From Verrucomicrobiota bacterium (GTDB taxonomy: Bacteria; Verrucomicrobiota; Verrucomicrobiia; Verrucomicrobiales; DEV007), in contig JASFYY010000087.1 of assembly GCA_045046875.1 (NCBI GenBank), positions 1 through 52,393 on the forward strand: DNA of 52,393 bases, in the 5' to 3' direction. The notes below the pieces were generated by a model. The model searched no databases and was not told the DNA's origin. It saw only the letters and a list, made by a program, of their open reading frames with translations. How positions within the stretch are numbered: the stretch's first letter is position 1; each line of letters begins with the position of its first letter. The translations under genes were made by a program, and so were the position numbers. Below, piece after piece: positions 35,480 to 45,076 of this stretch.

Positions 35480-37414
35480 ATGGACAATAGATGGATTTGG
35501 TTGAACTTGTCGGCTATGATGTCCTTACGAAGTATATTTTTGACAAGTGCGGTCTGGTTATTTTTCAACGGACTGGTTTTGTTGCAAGCGCAGCAGTCTT
35601 CCCCGGATGTGCATACGTTCACTGCCAAAAATGGCAAGACTTTGACCGCCCGGGTTTTGGGAGTCAGTGGCGGTAAGGTGTCGATCAGTCGAATGAGTGA
35701 CGGCAAAAATTTTCAACTGCCTGCCAACAGTCTGAGCGCGGCGGATGTGACCTTTTTGAAAACCTGGCTCAAGCATCGCGAGTTGATGGGGCATCCGGCG
35801 GGATGGAAAATCCTGCGCGTGCATTTGCCGGAGTTTGTTGATTCGGTTGAAGCCCCGGGCATTCCGGCTGCTTTCCGGCGGGTGGGCTTGCACACCTGGG
35901 AGGCTGAGTTGCCGGAAAAAGCCTGGGTATTGATCCGGCTTTGGCGGCGCAGTGGCGATTGGTATGCACCGGAGTTTTTGCTGCCTTATGACGGGCAGAG
36001 TGAGTGGACCTTTACTTATCAGAAATCGAAATTGTATCGATCAGTAGCCGCGGGGAAAAGCCGTCCGGTGCTGGTCGGAATCGACATCGAGGATGACGGG
36101 GGCAAGGAGCAGCTCAAAGCTCTCAAGGATGAAATACCCGATAGCGGGGTTTGTATTTTTGCTGGTTTTCTGGATGACGCGGATTTTGCTTTGTTGGGAT
36201 CCAAGCCGGTATTTTCCTTTGTGGTGAGAAAGACCCCACGGTTGTCCGTAGCGGGTTCGAAAATCCGCGCGATCCGGGTGATCCGGGATTTGGTTTCTTT
36301 TGACGGGTTGAGCAGTTTGAAAGAACTTGAGTATTTGGACATCACCATGACGGGGGATTTTCCCCTTGGTGATGTGTCGCGGCTCAAAAGCTTAACCACC
36401 TTGGTAGCCGATGGGGATGTCAGCTTGGGGCCTGCGACCGGGGAATCGGCGTGGCCGGCTTTACGTCGATTGTCACTGCAGCGCGCGGATATAGAGGACG
36501 CGGACAAGTTTGGTGATTTCATCGCCGGGTTGCCGGAATTGGAAAGCCTGGCACTGCCGGATGAGAATGAAATGAATGTGAAGGGGGTGGCGGCGTGCCC
36601 CAAGCTGTCGGTATTGAGGCTTGGCGATGAATGTTATGATCCGCAGGTGGCCGGGTTGAAGGAATTGAAACAACTGCGCACGGTGTTTTTGAGCGGGACT
36701 TATAATGGCAGCGAAGTGGTGGCTCTGGCTGATGGGGGATTGTTTGCAAAGGTCACGACTTTAAAAACGCATGTGGAGATGCCGTTTTCCAAATTGCCTC
36801 TGTTAAGCAACTTATATCTGACCGGAGATCAGGATGATCTGGATATGGCCATCCTTGCCGGGATTGCCGGGTTGACCAACTTAGAGGTGCAGATGATGAG
36901 CTCGGATGATGTGCAGGCGTTGCAAAGCAGCGCTGCGAATTTGAAAAAATTAAGCATGCTTTCCGTTCGTTTCCCCCGATGTCCGGACATTGCTGCATTG
37001 GCCAAATTGCCGGCTTTGAAATATTTGAAGGTGTATGAACAATTTGGAACATCCGAGCAGGATTTGACGGCCTTGAATGTGACTGCCTTTGCGACTCTGC
37101 AGGGTTTGGATCTACAGCAGATGCAGAGCTTGCAAAGTGTTAAGGTCGCAGGGGGCGGCAGTGTTTTGTCGGCGGTCAGTATTCGTAAATGCGGGGAACT
37201 GAAATCGCTGGTTGCTGCGGAGCTTGCGCAGAATATGGGGGAGCTTTGCATCGCCAATTGCGACCAGTTGGCGGATCTGGAAGGATTGCTGAACCCGGAT
37301 TCCTTGAAGGTTCTGCATTTGGCGAATAGTCCCCAGTTGAAAAAAGCAGCAGGGGGGAATCTGCCTGACAAGTGGCAGCGTTTGTTTATTAAGAAAGCCG
37401 GAGCCTTTAAATAA
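35480..37414 (+). CDS. Exported protein with an SHD1-like N-domain and C-terminal leucine-rich repeats
   Basis: HTFTAKNGKTLTAR...DGK.FQLP..SLS.AD..FL; repeated L..L..L.L units; start 35480 or 35516. Confidence 0.7.
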   Translation: MDNRWIWLNLSAMMSLRSIFLTSAVWLFFNGLVLLQAQQSSPDVHTFTAKNGKTLTARVLGVSGGKVSISRMSDGKNFQLPANSLSAADVTFLKTWLKHRELMGHPAGWKILRVHLPEFVDSVEAPGIPAAFRRVGLHTWEAELPEKAWVLIRLWRRSGDWYAPEFLLPYDGQSEWTFTYQKSKLYRSVAAGKSRPVLVGIDIEDDGGKEQLKALKDEIPDSGVCIFAGFLDDADFALLGSKPVFSFVVRKTPRLSVAGSKIRAIRVIRDLVSFDGLSSLKELEYLDITMTGDFPLGDVSRLKSLTTLVADGDVSLGPATGESAWPALRRLSLQRADIEDADKFGDFIAGLPELESLALPDENEMNVKGVAACPKLSVLRLGDECYDPQVAGLKELKQLRTVFLSGTYNGSEVVALADGGLFAKVTTLKTHVEMPFSKLPLLSNLYLTGDQDDLDMAILAGIAGLTNLEVQMMSSDDVQALQSSAANLKKLSMLSVRFPRCPDIAALAKLPALKYLKVYEQFGTSEQDLTALNVTAFATLQGLDLQQMQSLQSVKVAGGGSVLSAVSIRKCGELKSLVAAELAQNMGELCIANCDQLADLEGLLNPDSLKVLHLANSPQLKKAAGGNLPDKWQRLFIKKAGAFK

Positions 37415-37506
37415 AGGGCCTCGCTTGCGAAAAATTTCCATTGCAAAGCTGCTGACGGATCGTATCTTTAGACATAATTTAACAATAACTCCAACTACAC
37501 TTTATT

Positions 37507-37815
37507 ATGGGTCCTATAGGTTTTCAGGAAATGATTTTGATCGCACTGGTAATTCTTTTGCTTTTCGGAGCAAAAAAACTGCCTGAGCTTGCACGTGGCA
37601 TCGGCAAGAGCATGGGGGAATTCAAAAAAGCCAAGGAGGATTTCGAAGACGAAATAAAGCGTGGCACCGATGAAGGAAACAATCCTCCCAAAAGCACTTC
37701 CGCACCTTCTGAAACGGTGGCGCAGTCTTCTGATAATGCCGTAGAGGAAGACACGGCAGAGGAAGAGGCTGAAGAAGTCAAAGCTGAGAAGGAAAAGGCA
37801 GAAACAGCTGCTTAA
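37507..37815 (+). CDS. tatA: Twin-arginine translocase subunit TatA/E
   Basis: IG.QEMILI..VILLLFGAKKLPELARGIGKSMGEFKKA plus acidic tail; TTGCAA-16-TATCTT upstream at 37441-37468. Confidence 0.93.
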   Translation: MGPIGFQEMILIALVILLLFGAKKLPELARGIGKSMGEFKKAKEDFEDEIKRGTDEGNNPPKSTSAPSETVAQSSDNAVEEDTAEEEAEEVKAEKEKAETAA

Positions 37816-37827
37816 GCTTTTTTTGAG

Positions 37828-38829
37828 ATGATGAGAGTCGAGAGCATCAGCGCTTCGACTCAAAGGCAACCCGCGAAATGCTCTTTCGCGGGGTTTTTCT
37901 TGGCGATTTTTCTCCTTTTAGGGAATGGGGGATTTTTTGGTTCAGCAAGTGCCTACGCACAAGAGCGCAAAGCGGCACCTGTAGTTGAGGGGGAGATTCG
38001 TTTCCTTTCGTATAACTTGCGCAATTACCTGCCGATGAAACGGCGGGTGGATGGTGTTAGTGTAGAGGATGCTCCCAAACCGGAGGATGAGATTGACGCC
38101 TTGATCAAAGTGGTGGTGGAATCCAAACCGGATATTGTTGGAGTCTGCGAAATAGGGGGCCTGGATTATTTGCAGGATTTTCAGCGACGGTTAAAAAAAG
38201 CGGGCATTGACTTGCCGCATCTTGAATTGGTCGAAGCCTCTACCGAATATGAACGCAATCTGGCGTTGCTGTCACGTTTTCCTATTGTGGAGCGTGATCC
38301 GCAGACGGATCTCACTTATTTGATTGGCGACAAACGTTTGCCTTTTCAACGTGGCATTTTGGATGTCACGATTGCTCCGAACCCTACTTATCGGCTGCGT
38401 TTGGTGGGTTTACATTTAAAATCCAAACGAGAAGTTCCGCAGGCAGACCAGGCTTTGATGCGCAGGAACGAAGCTCAGTTGGCGCGTCAGCATATTGATG
38501 CAATTTTAGGGGAGCAGCCGGGAGTTAATCTGATCGTTTATGGCGACCTGAATGACACCAAAAATGAAGCCCCGGTGCGCACTCTGCGAGGTCGCTACCG
38601 CAGCGATTATTATCTCACTGCGATCAATGTGGAAGATCAGTATGGTTTTCGCTGGACCCACTATTGGAATTACGCCGACTCGTATGCGCGTTTTGATTTT
38701 GCCTTGGCGAGTAAAGGGGTGTTGCGGGAGATCGATAAAAAAAAGAGTTATATCCCACATGGAAAAGACTGGTACCTCGCCAGTGATCACCGCCCTTTGA
38801 TGTTGGTTATTATGCCGAAAGATCGTTGA
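37828..38829 (+). CDS. Endonuclease/exonuclease/phosphatase (EEP) family protein, probably exported; start uncertain
   Basis: SYNLRNY, GVCEI, HLKSK, GDLND, RFDFAL, ASDHRP. Confidence 0.88.
   Translation: MMRVESISASTQRQPAKCSFAGFFLAIFLLLGNGGFFGSASAYAQERKAAPVVEGEIRFLSYNLRNYLPMKRRVDGVSVEDAPKPEDEIDALIKVVVESKPDIVGVCEIGGLDYLQDFQRRLKKAGIDLPHLELVEASTEYERNLALLSRFPIVERDPQTDLTYLIGDKRLPFQRGILDVTIAPNPTYRLRLVGLHLKSKREVPQADQALMRRNEAQLARQHIDAILGEQPGVNLIVYGDLNDTKNEAPVRTLRGRYRSDYYLTAINVEDQYGFRWTHYWNYADSYARFDFALASKGVLREIDKKKSYIPHGKDWYLASDHRPLMLVIMPKDR
37868..37899 (+). terminator. Intrinsic terminator after tatA
   Basis: CCCGCGAAA-TGCTC-TTTCGCGGG followed by GTTTTTC. Confidence 0.65.
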
Positions 38830-38962
38830 GCCTTTCATTTGTGAATGCCTGCTTTTTGGCACTACACGATAAAGAAATTAACCACTGATTGCACTGATAA
38901 ACACTGATGGGTAAGAAGAGGTTAGAGGGGGGGGCAAGAAAGTTAAGCTGCTGACGGCTATG

Positions 38963-39150
38963 CATTTCGCCCTTGCAGGGCTGGGAGAATTGGGTTTTTT
39001 GCCCAGCGCTTCGCACTGAGCTATATCATTGAGCACCGTTGGTGCAAAAGAGATGAAAAGTAAACTGTCCTGTAAGGACAAAATGTGATAGCCCAGTGCG
39101 AAGCGCTGGGGTTAAATTGTCTTTATTGCCAGCCCTAAAAGGGCGAAATG
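38963..39150. repeat. Long palindromic REPIN/MITE-like element 1
   Basis: 22-bp terminal inverted repeats (CATTTCGCCCTT..AGGGCTGG, 2 mismatches) and 23-bp inner inverted repeats (39002-39024 / 39088-39110, 1 mismatch). Confidence 0.8.
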
Positions 39151-39237
39151 ATGTTGTCGGGTGATAAGCTAGCTTTCAATAAGCAATGGCTGATTTTTTT
39201 GTCCTGCAGTCGGGAGGGAAATACAGAAAACGAAGGG

Positions 39238-39390
39238 TCTCGAATCTCTTACGATTGGTTGGGAAGTGGGTTCTATTTTTGGGAGTTCAATCAAGCGCGA
39301 GCTTGGAGCTTTGCCAAAGAACGAGCAAAAAATCCACTAGGATCTACAAAAAATGAAACCCCGTTTGTTTTAGGCGCGAAGCTAAATCTT
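39238..39390 (+). pseudogene. Fragment of a YDWLG.G.YFWE-motif hypothetical protein
   Basis: S..SYDWLGSGFYFWE.N..RA..FA...P.VLGA.L.L; no credible N-terminus; runs into the VWA gene. Confidence 0.55.
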
Positions 39391-39407
39391 AGGGAGCTCA
39401 AGTTTGT

Positions 39408-42110
39408 TTATTTTCCCCGGCGCTTGGCGCGGGCAAAACGTGAGCGGGCGGATTGGGGTGGCTGTGCGGGGCTTGGCTCGGTCTGCTCTGAAGGCGTGGC
39501 CGGTTCGGCTGGGGCGGGGGTGTTTGTTTTGGGTGTTTGTTTAGCTTTTTTGGCGCGTGAGAAACGCGGGCGTTTCAGGTTCAAGGCGAAGTAGGGTAAA
39601 TGCCAACCGGTGCGGGTGATGAGGGCATCGAGGATGATGGCGAGCAGCAAGGCGGCGAGCAGCCATGGCTGGATCGAGGCGAAGTCACGGCGAGTGGGTT
39701 TTTGCCAGGCGTCGGAGAGGTCGACCAGATCGCGGCCTTTGCTGGATGCTGAAAGGGTTTTGAGATCTTCGATTCGTTGGCCATCAAAAGCCCATTCGGT
39801 GCTCGACCCTACCACCAGTGGTCCAAAGGGCAGCGCCTGTGTTGAGGAAATTTGGATCGCTCCGCGCACCGGCAGGCCTTCGGTCAAATCCGTGCGCAGC
39901 GAATAGTGTTCGGGGGAAATCCTTTCCCAGATGAGTTCTTTGGTTTTTGGGCTTCCTTTGATACCTTCACTGATCACCAGTTTGGGCGGGGAGGTGGTAA
40001 AACGTTCGCCCCAGATTTTGTCATCAAAGAGCAGGTCAATGGTGAGTTCGGTGCCGTTGAGCTGGGTGCGGATCCCGATGCCGGAAGGCACCTGTTCACC
40101 CATCAGCCAACGGTTCAAGGTTTGTATGAAATCCCCCAGCTGAGGCCAGTCACGAGCCTTTTGAGAGAAATCGCCGCCGAGTGGAAAGGATATGGCGGCA
40201 CTGCGACCGATGCCACGGCGGCCAGTGGCAATCAGTGGGGCATTGTATTCGTCGGCAGATTTCAAAGCGGCGGTATCACCGTTTTTAAGGTAACTTAAAT
40301 TATAACCGTCGATAACAGCCGGCCACTTCATGTTTTGGCTGGATATTTCGAACCAGCCACCGGTGCTTTGGGTTTTGAGTGCTTCATCGATGAAGGTGGA
40401 GCGGGCCACGGTCACGGTTTCCTGGGCGAAGATGTTGGGCAGGCTGGCCGGGTCGGTGGTGAAAAAGATGCGACCACCACCCCGGGTGGCAACATCTTCT
40501 ATGAAAACGGCGTCGGGGTCGGAGCGTGTGCCTAGGCCGATCACACTGACGGTGCCTCCATTGGCGGTGATTTCCTTGAGCAGGGCTTTGTATTGCCCGG
40601 GCTGTTCTGAATCGGCTGCATCGGTGAAAAGGATCATGTGACGTTGGCCGACTTCGGCTTTTTTCAGGGAGTTCCATCCGGCTTTGAGCCCTTCGTAAAC
40701 GTAGATGCCGCCGCCCATGCTTTCGATGGATCGTGCGCGGTTGATGATGTCTGCCCGCCCGGCTTCCACACCGATCAGTGGCACGATTTCGTGTGCGGTG
40801 CTGTCCACGGCAAAAATAGTGATCTGGTCCATCGAGCCGAGCAACTCGACGGCACGCGCGGCGCCTTCGTTGGCCAATTGCATTTTTGTCTGCCCTCCGG
40901 CGGCGGTCATCGACATTGAACCGGAGCGATCCATGACGATGGCCATGGCGACGGAGAGTTTGCGGTGCTCGTTTTTGAGTTCCATGGAAACCGGCAACAA
41001 GGCATCGACGGGGCTTTGAAAATAACCACCGGAACCGAAGCTGCGTTTGCCACCGACCATGAGGAATCCGCCGCCTTGTTCGGTGACAAAAAAATCGAGG
41101 GCTTTGAGGAAAGACTGCGGCACTTCGTGGGCGGGCACGTTATTAAAGATCACATTTTTGCAGCCACTGAGTTGTCCTATTTTCAGCAAGGCGGGTTCAC
41201 TTACGACTTGAACCTGAAAACCTTGATTCTGAAGGATGGGCACGAGCGGGTCTTTGATGTAGTGGGTGACCAGTAGGATGCGTGGACCGGAGTGAACTTC
41301 AACCCAGCTTTCGTAATGATTGTTGCCCGCGTGGGCATCGTTCCGGGGTGAGATCCGGGCTTGGTATTGGTAGGAACCGCCTTTGATGATGCGGTCGGTA
41401 AATTTGAGCTTGCCGTTGCCTTGGAAAATTTTGACGCTGCTTTCTCCGAGCTTTTCCTGATTGCGGTAAATGGTGATGGGGATATCGCCATCCCGGTTGC
41501 CGAGAACTTTGATGTCGAGCAAAAAGGGCTCACCGATTTGGATGCGGTTGGGTAGGTCGAATTGAGTGATCTGGTAATCCACGGTGGATTCCGCTGTCAG
41601 TAAGCGGTAGTCGAGTGGGATTGACATCTGTTCGAGCTTTTCACTGAGGCCGGTTAAGGGCTCGGTGCTGTAGCCGTCGGTGAAAAGCAAAATGCGGCTG
41701 CGTTTTTTGCGATCGGCGAGGGCGATCACGTCTTCCAGGGCGAGGGCGGTTCGAGTCAGGTTGCGCGGGCCGGGATAGCTGCTGGTCTCTGAGTTTGACT
41801 GGGTGACCACTTCGGCGGCGTAGTCTACAAAATGTAATCGATCATCTTCGGAGGGGCGTGATTTTTCTAGTAAGCGGCGCCACTCGTCGATGTTCTGGTC
41901 GACCATTTTTTCGGCGGATGCGGAGCGGTCGATCAGAACCCAGAGGTCGAGACCGTCCTTGAGACGCTTGATCTGTGGGTGGGTGAGGATCAGGGTGATC
42001 AAGATGAGAATGATCACGCGTCGGCTTTGCCACAAATGCAGGCTGCGGAAATACCAGCCGATGACGGCGAATACAGGCAGAAGTAGGAACCATTGAGGAG
42101 CGAGGAACAT
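39408..42110 (-). CDS. Membrane protein with two VWA-like domains and a glutamine amidotransferase-like domain
   Basis: LIDRSAS and VMDRSGSM MIDAS motifs, LFTDG/LFTDA, GGGFLMVGG..SFG.GGY; ATG 42110 preferred because the ORF-track start lies inside a repeat. Confidence 0.85.
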   Translation of the reverse strand: MFLAPQWFLLLPVFAVIGWYFRSLHLWQSRRVIILILITLILTHPQIKRLKDGLDLWVLIDRSASAEKMVDQNIDEWRRLLEKSRPSEDDRLHFVDYAAEVVTQSNSETSSYPGPRNLTRTALALEDVIALADRKKRSRILLFTDGYSTEPLTGLSEKLEQMSIPLDYRLLTAESTVDYQITQFDLPNRIQIGEPFLLDIKVLGNRDGDIPITIYRNQEKLGESSVKIFQGNGKLKFTDRIIKGGSYQYQARISPRNDAHAGNNHYESWVEVHSGPRILLVTHYIKDPLVPILQNQGFQVQVVSEPALLKIGQLSGCKNVIFNNVPAHEVPQSFLKALDFFVTEQGGGFLMVGGKRSFGSGGYFQSPVDALLPVSMELKNEHRKLSVAMAIVMDRSGSMSMTAAGGQTKMQLANEGAARAVELLGSMDQITIFAVDSTAHEIVPLIGVEAGRADIINRARSIESMGGGIYVYEGLKAGWNSLKKAEVGQRHMILFTDAADSEQPGQYKALLKEITANGGTVSVIGLGTRSDPDAVFIEDVATRGGGRIFFTTDPASLPNIFAQETVTVARSTFIDEALKTQSTGGWFEISSQNMKWPAVIDGYNLSYLKNGDTAALKSADEYNAPLIATGRRGIGRSAAISFPLGGDFSQKARDWPQLGDFIQTLNRWLMGEQVPSGIGIRTQLNGTELTIDLLFDDKIWGERFTTSPPKLVISEGIKGSPKTKELIWERISPEHYSLRTDLTEGLPVRGAIQISSTQALPFGPLVVGSSTEWAFDGQRIEDLKTLSASSKGRDLVDLSDAWQKPTRRDFASIQPWLLAALLLAIILDALITRTGWHLPYFALNLKRPRFSRAKKAKQTPKTNTPAPAEPATPSEQTEPSPAQPPQSARSRFARAKRRGK

Positions 42111-42130
42111 GGGTGGGAAGGAGAGAGTTA

Positions 42131-42298
42131 AACCACTGATGGGCACTGATAAACACTGATTTTTTTATTAGTGTATTCGTAGGGTTTTTTATGAAGTTTG
42201 TAATTTAGTTCATTGTGAACTCGTATGGCGCATTCAATTAATATTTTGCTTTCGTTTTTCAAATATATATCGGTGTCCATCAGTGTGAATCAGTGGTT
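42131..42298. repeat. Inverted pair of (CACTGAT)x3 repeats enclosing an AT-rich spacer
   Basis: 42131-42160 forward, 42269-42298 reverse. Confidence 0.8.
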
Positions 42299-42308
42299 AT
42301 AAAATCAG

Positions 42309-44108
42309 TTAAACAATTGGGGGTGGATTGTTTGTGGGGCGGGAGACGAAGTGCCAGGAGGTGAGTAGGGCGGCGCAGAGGATGAGCAGCCAGAGTTGCC
42401 AGCGAGTGTCTTGTTCGCTGTATTGATTGATCAGATCGTTTTCTGCTTTGTTTAAGTCGTTGCGTGACGCGGCTTGTTGCAGGTCGGCTTCGCGGGTATC
42501 GGCGAAGTGGGTGGCGCCGTTGAGCAGGGGCGGGCGGTCTTCTTCGCCTTGCCGGATTTGAAAAAAACCAACTTGAGCGGGTGCGCGGATTTGAGCTTGA
42601 TGTGCGGGCAGATCCCGGCTGATGGTTTTTTGCTTGATGGTGCTGGACATGGTGAGGGCGATGGCCTCTTCGCTGTGATCAAAAGCAAGGTTGATGGGTT
42701 GGGATATTTCGAAGTTGAGTTGCGAGGGAGCTACTTTCATTTTTCTCACTGATTCGACAAAGCGGTGGATGGTGACGATGAAGGCGGGCAGGTGGGTGGC
42801 GTTGGACGAGGCAAGGTCAAAATTGAAGATGAGTTGATTGCCTTGTTCACCGCGGCGCAGGAAAATGAGGGTGCGTTTGTTTTGCCATAACAAGGGGGTG
42901 TCGGCCTCGGTCAGAGGCAATCCGAGTGACGAGCGGGCGAGCAGGCCCTGCCAATTGAGATTGTCAAGTAAGGGGTGGTGTTCCGCGTAGATCTGTCCTT
43001 TGAGGTATTTAGAGGGCAGGTTGTTGCGGTCGAGAAAAACGATGCCGTGGCCTTTAGATAAAGGCGCGGGATTGAGCGGTTGATAAACGGAAAAGGTTAA
43101 ATCGGCGTTTTGGTCGGGGATGGGCAGGGAAATCCCGGAGAGGGAGCTGAGGGTGGTTTTCAGTAGCGGTTGGATTTCCGGGGTGAGAATGGTGGCTAGG
43201 CTGAGTTTTTTTTGTTTGGGGCGGATGATGGGCAGTTGATCGTCTAGCGCAAAAGCGTCCGGATCCATGCGCAGAGTGATCTGGTCCGAGCCGTCGGGGA
43301 ATGCGCCTTGCAGGGAGCGGGTTTGACCGGCGGCCAGTTCGATGGATCGCTGTTTTGATTTTTTCTCGTCAGTGTGTAACAACCAGTTTCGTTTTTGAGT
43401 TTGTTCGGAGTAGTTGCGCACCAGTGCTTTCCACATCACCTGGCCGTCGTCCCGTTTCACAATTTGTAGTCCGGCAAAACCTACATTGTCAGTGGGTTGA
43501 CCGATGGCGAGCAGTTGGGCGTCGTAAGCGAGTTCGTCGATGAGGTGATCGCTGACCATGATCAAGGTGCCGCTTGTCCCGACCAGACTGCGGGCGGTTC
43601 TGAGCGCCGGGGTGAAGTCGTGGGCGGTGGCGAGGGGTTGCCAGTTTTTGAGAGCGTCGATGAGTTGGGCGCGGCTGTTGCCGTTGTAGATGGGCTGTTT
43701 GGAGCGGTGGGAGTCCAGCACGATGTATTCGGTGTGGTGCACCTTGCTCGCCAAACGGCTGAGTTCGGATTTCAATTGCAGGTATAGAGGTTCGCGGAAA
43801 GTTCCCATCGAGGCGGAACTGTCGATAACGATGGCGATGCGCTGAACGGCGTTGTTTTGCATCCAACGAGGTTGAACCAGAACCCAGGTCAGCAGCAGGA
43901 CGGCTAGCAGTTGTAACCACAGAGGGATGGATGAGCGCAGCCGGTCGAATTTCTGGCCTTTCACGCTTTGGTGTTGCAGGTGATCGAGCAGAAAGAGGGT
44001 GCTGATTTTCACTACGACCGATTTCTGCTGCAAGAAATGAATCAGGATAATAGCAGGGATGCCGAGCAAAGCCCAGAAACCGAGAGGATTGGCGAAAGTG
44101 AAAGGCAT
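42309..44108 (-). CDS. BatA N-terminal domain plus VWA protein
   Basis: F.NP..FWALLGIP.IILIHFL, LWLQLLA, VIDSSASM, C-terminal transmembrane helix. Confidence 0.85.
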   Translation of the reverse strand: MPFTFANPLGFWALLGIPAIILIHFLQQKSVVVKISTLFLLDHLQHQSVKGQKFDRLRSSIPLWLQLLAVLLLTWVLVQPRWMQNNAVQRIAIVIDSSASMGTFREPLYLQLKSELSRLASKVHHTEYIVLDSHRSKQPIYNGNSRAQLIDALKNWQPLATAHDFTPALRTARSLVGTSGTLIMVSDHLIDELAYDAQLLAIGQPTDNVGFAGLQIVKRDDGQVMWKALVRNYSEQTQKRNWLLHTDEKKSKQRSIELAAGQTRSLQGAFPDGSDQITLRMDPDAFALDDQLPIIRPKQKKLSLATILTPEIQPLLKTTLSSLSGISLPIPDQNADLTFSVYQPLNPAPLSKGHGIVFLDRNNLPSKYLKGQIYAEHHPLLDNLNWQGLLARSSLGLPLTEADTPLLWQNKRTLIFLRRGEQGNQLIFNFDLASSNATHLPAFIVTIHRFVESVRKMKVAPSQLNFEISQPINLAFDHSEEAIALTMSSTIKQKTISRDLPAHQAQIRAPAQVGFFQIRQGEEDRPPLLNGATHFADTREADLQQAASRNDLNKAENDLINQYSEQDTRWQLWLLILCAALLTSWHFVSRPTNNPPPIV

Positions 44109-44197
44109 GAGTTAGGAAGGAGACAGAATCCAGTAGTCAGTATTCAGTAGGGTTGTTTTATTCTGCATTCTGAATTCTATCTCCTGAATTCTGTTTT

Positions 44198-45076
44198 TCA
44201 AAATTCCACGACTTTGGCGGAGAGGGCTTCGTATTGTAGGGAGGTTTGGAAGTCGGGTTCGCTGGGGATGCGGGCCATTAGGATGCCGTGTTTTTGAGCT
44301 AGGGTTTTCCATAGATCAAAGTGGCGTTGGTAGGCGCTGCGGTAGCGTTTTAATAAATGGGCTTCGATGCGGTGCGAGTGGTGGCTGCCGGCTTCGACTT
44401 CGACGAAGTCGTAATTGCCCTCCCATTGAGGTTTCTCTTCGTCACTTAAAAAGGGAGCCATTAGGATGGCGCGTCCGCGATCACGACTGAGGGCGATGAG
44501 GGTGCTCTCAGGGGAGTCGAGGAAGAGCAGGTCACTGACAAAAATGCGCATCGATTGAGCGCGCAGGGGGACTTGGCTCAAGTCGGGAGAGGCGGCGGCG
44601 GGGGTGCTTGGAAGGTCGTTGATCTTATCGATCCAAGAGGGGCTGTGGATCATGTCGTTTTGGAAGTGCAAATGTTCGCTGCCTTTGATTACGGATACGG
44701 ACAGCGAGGCGCTGGCTTTGAGCGCGGCGTGGATGGCAAAATAGAAAAGTTCGAGTGAGCGCTGCCATTTTTTTTCACTGAGTTTCATCGATTCGGAGAT
44801 GTCGAGGATGACATCGACGGAGGGGCGGACTTCCTCGCGGTAGAGTTTCATCGAGTAGTTGCCGGTGCGGGCATAAGCCTGCCAGTTGATGTGACGGGGG
44901 TCATCGCCGGGCATGTAAGAACGGTGGTCCTGGAAATCGAGGGAACTGCCGATGCCGGCGCCCTGGAAATCGCCTACCTGTCCACGCCATACTTGATGGG
45001 CGATGGGGAGCTTGAACAGTTCGGCGTAGGTTTGAGCGCGAGTGCTGATCTCGGATATGTGGGATGAAGAATTCAG
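44198..45076 (-). CDS. DUF58 family protein (MoxR partner); probable CTG start
   Basis: GAGIGSSLDFQDHRSYMPGDDPRHINW begins upstream of the first ATG (44914); frame open from 45079; LDISESM, VSD. Confidence 0.85.
   Translation of the reverse strand: MNSSSHISEISTRAQTYAELFKLPIAHQVWRGQVGDFQGAGIGSSLDFQDHRSYMPGDDPRHINWQAYARTGNYSMKLYREEVRPSVDVILDISESMKLSEKKWQRSLELFYFAIHAALKASASLSVSVIKGSEHLHFQNDMIHSPSWIDKINDLPSTPAAASPDLSQVPLRAQSMRIFVSDLLFLDSPESTLIALSRDRGRAILMAPFLSDEEKPQWEGNYDFVEVEAGSHHSHRIEAHLLKRYRSAYQRHFDLWKTLAQKHGILMARIPSEPDFQTSLQYEALSAKVVEF

Noticed and set aside
34348..35706. 452-aa antisense ORF over lpxD
   Set aside because: His/Arg-rich shadow translation of the hexapeptide-repeat gene
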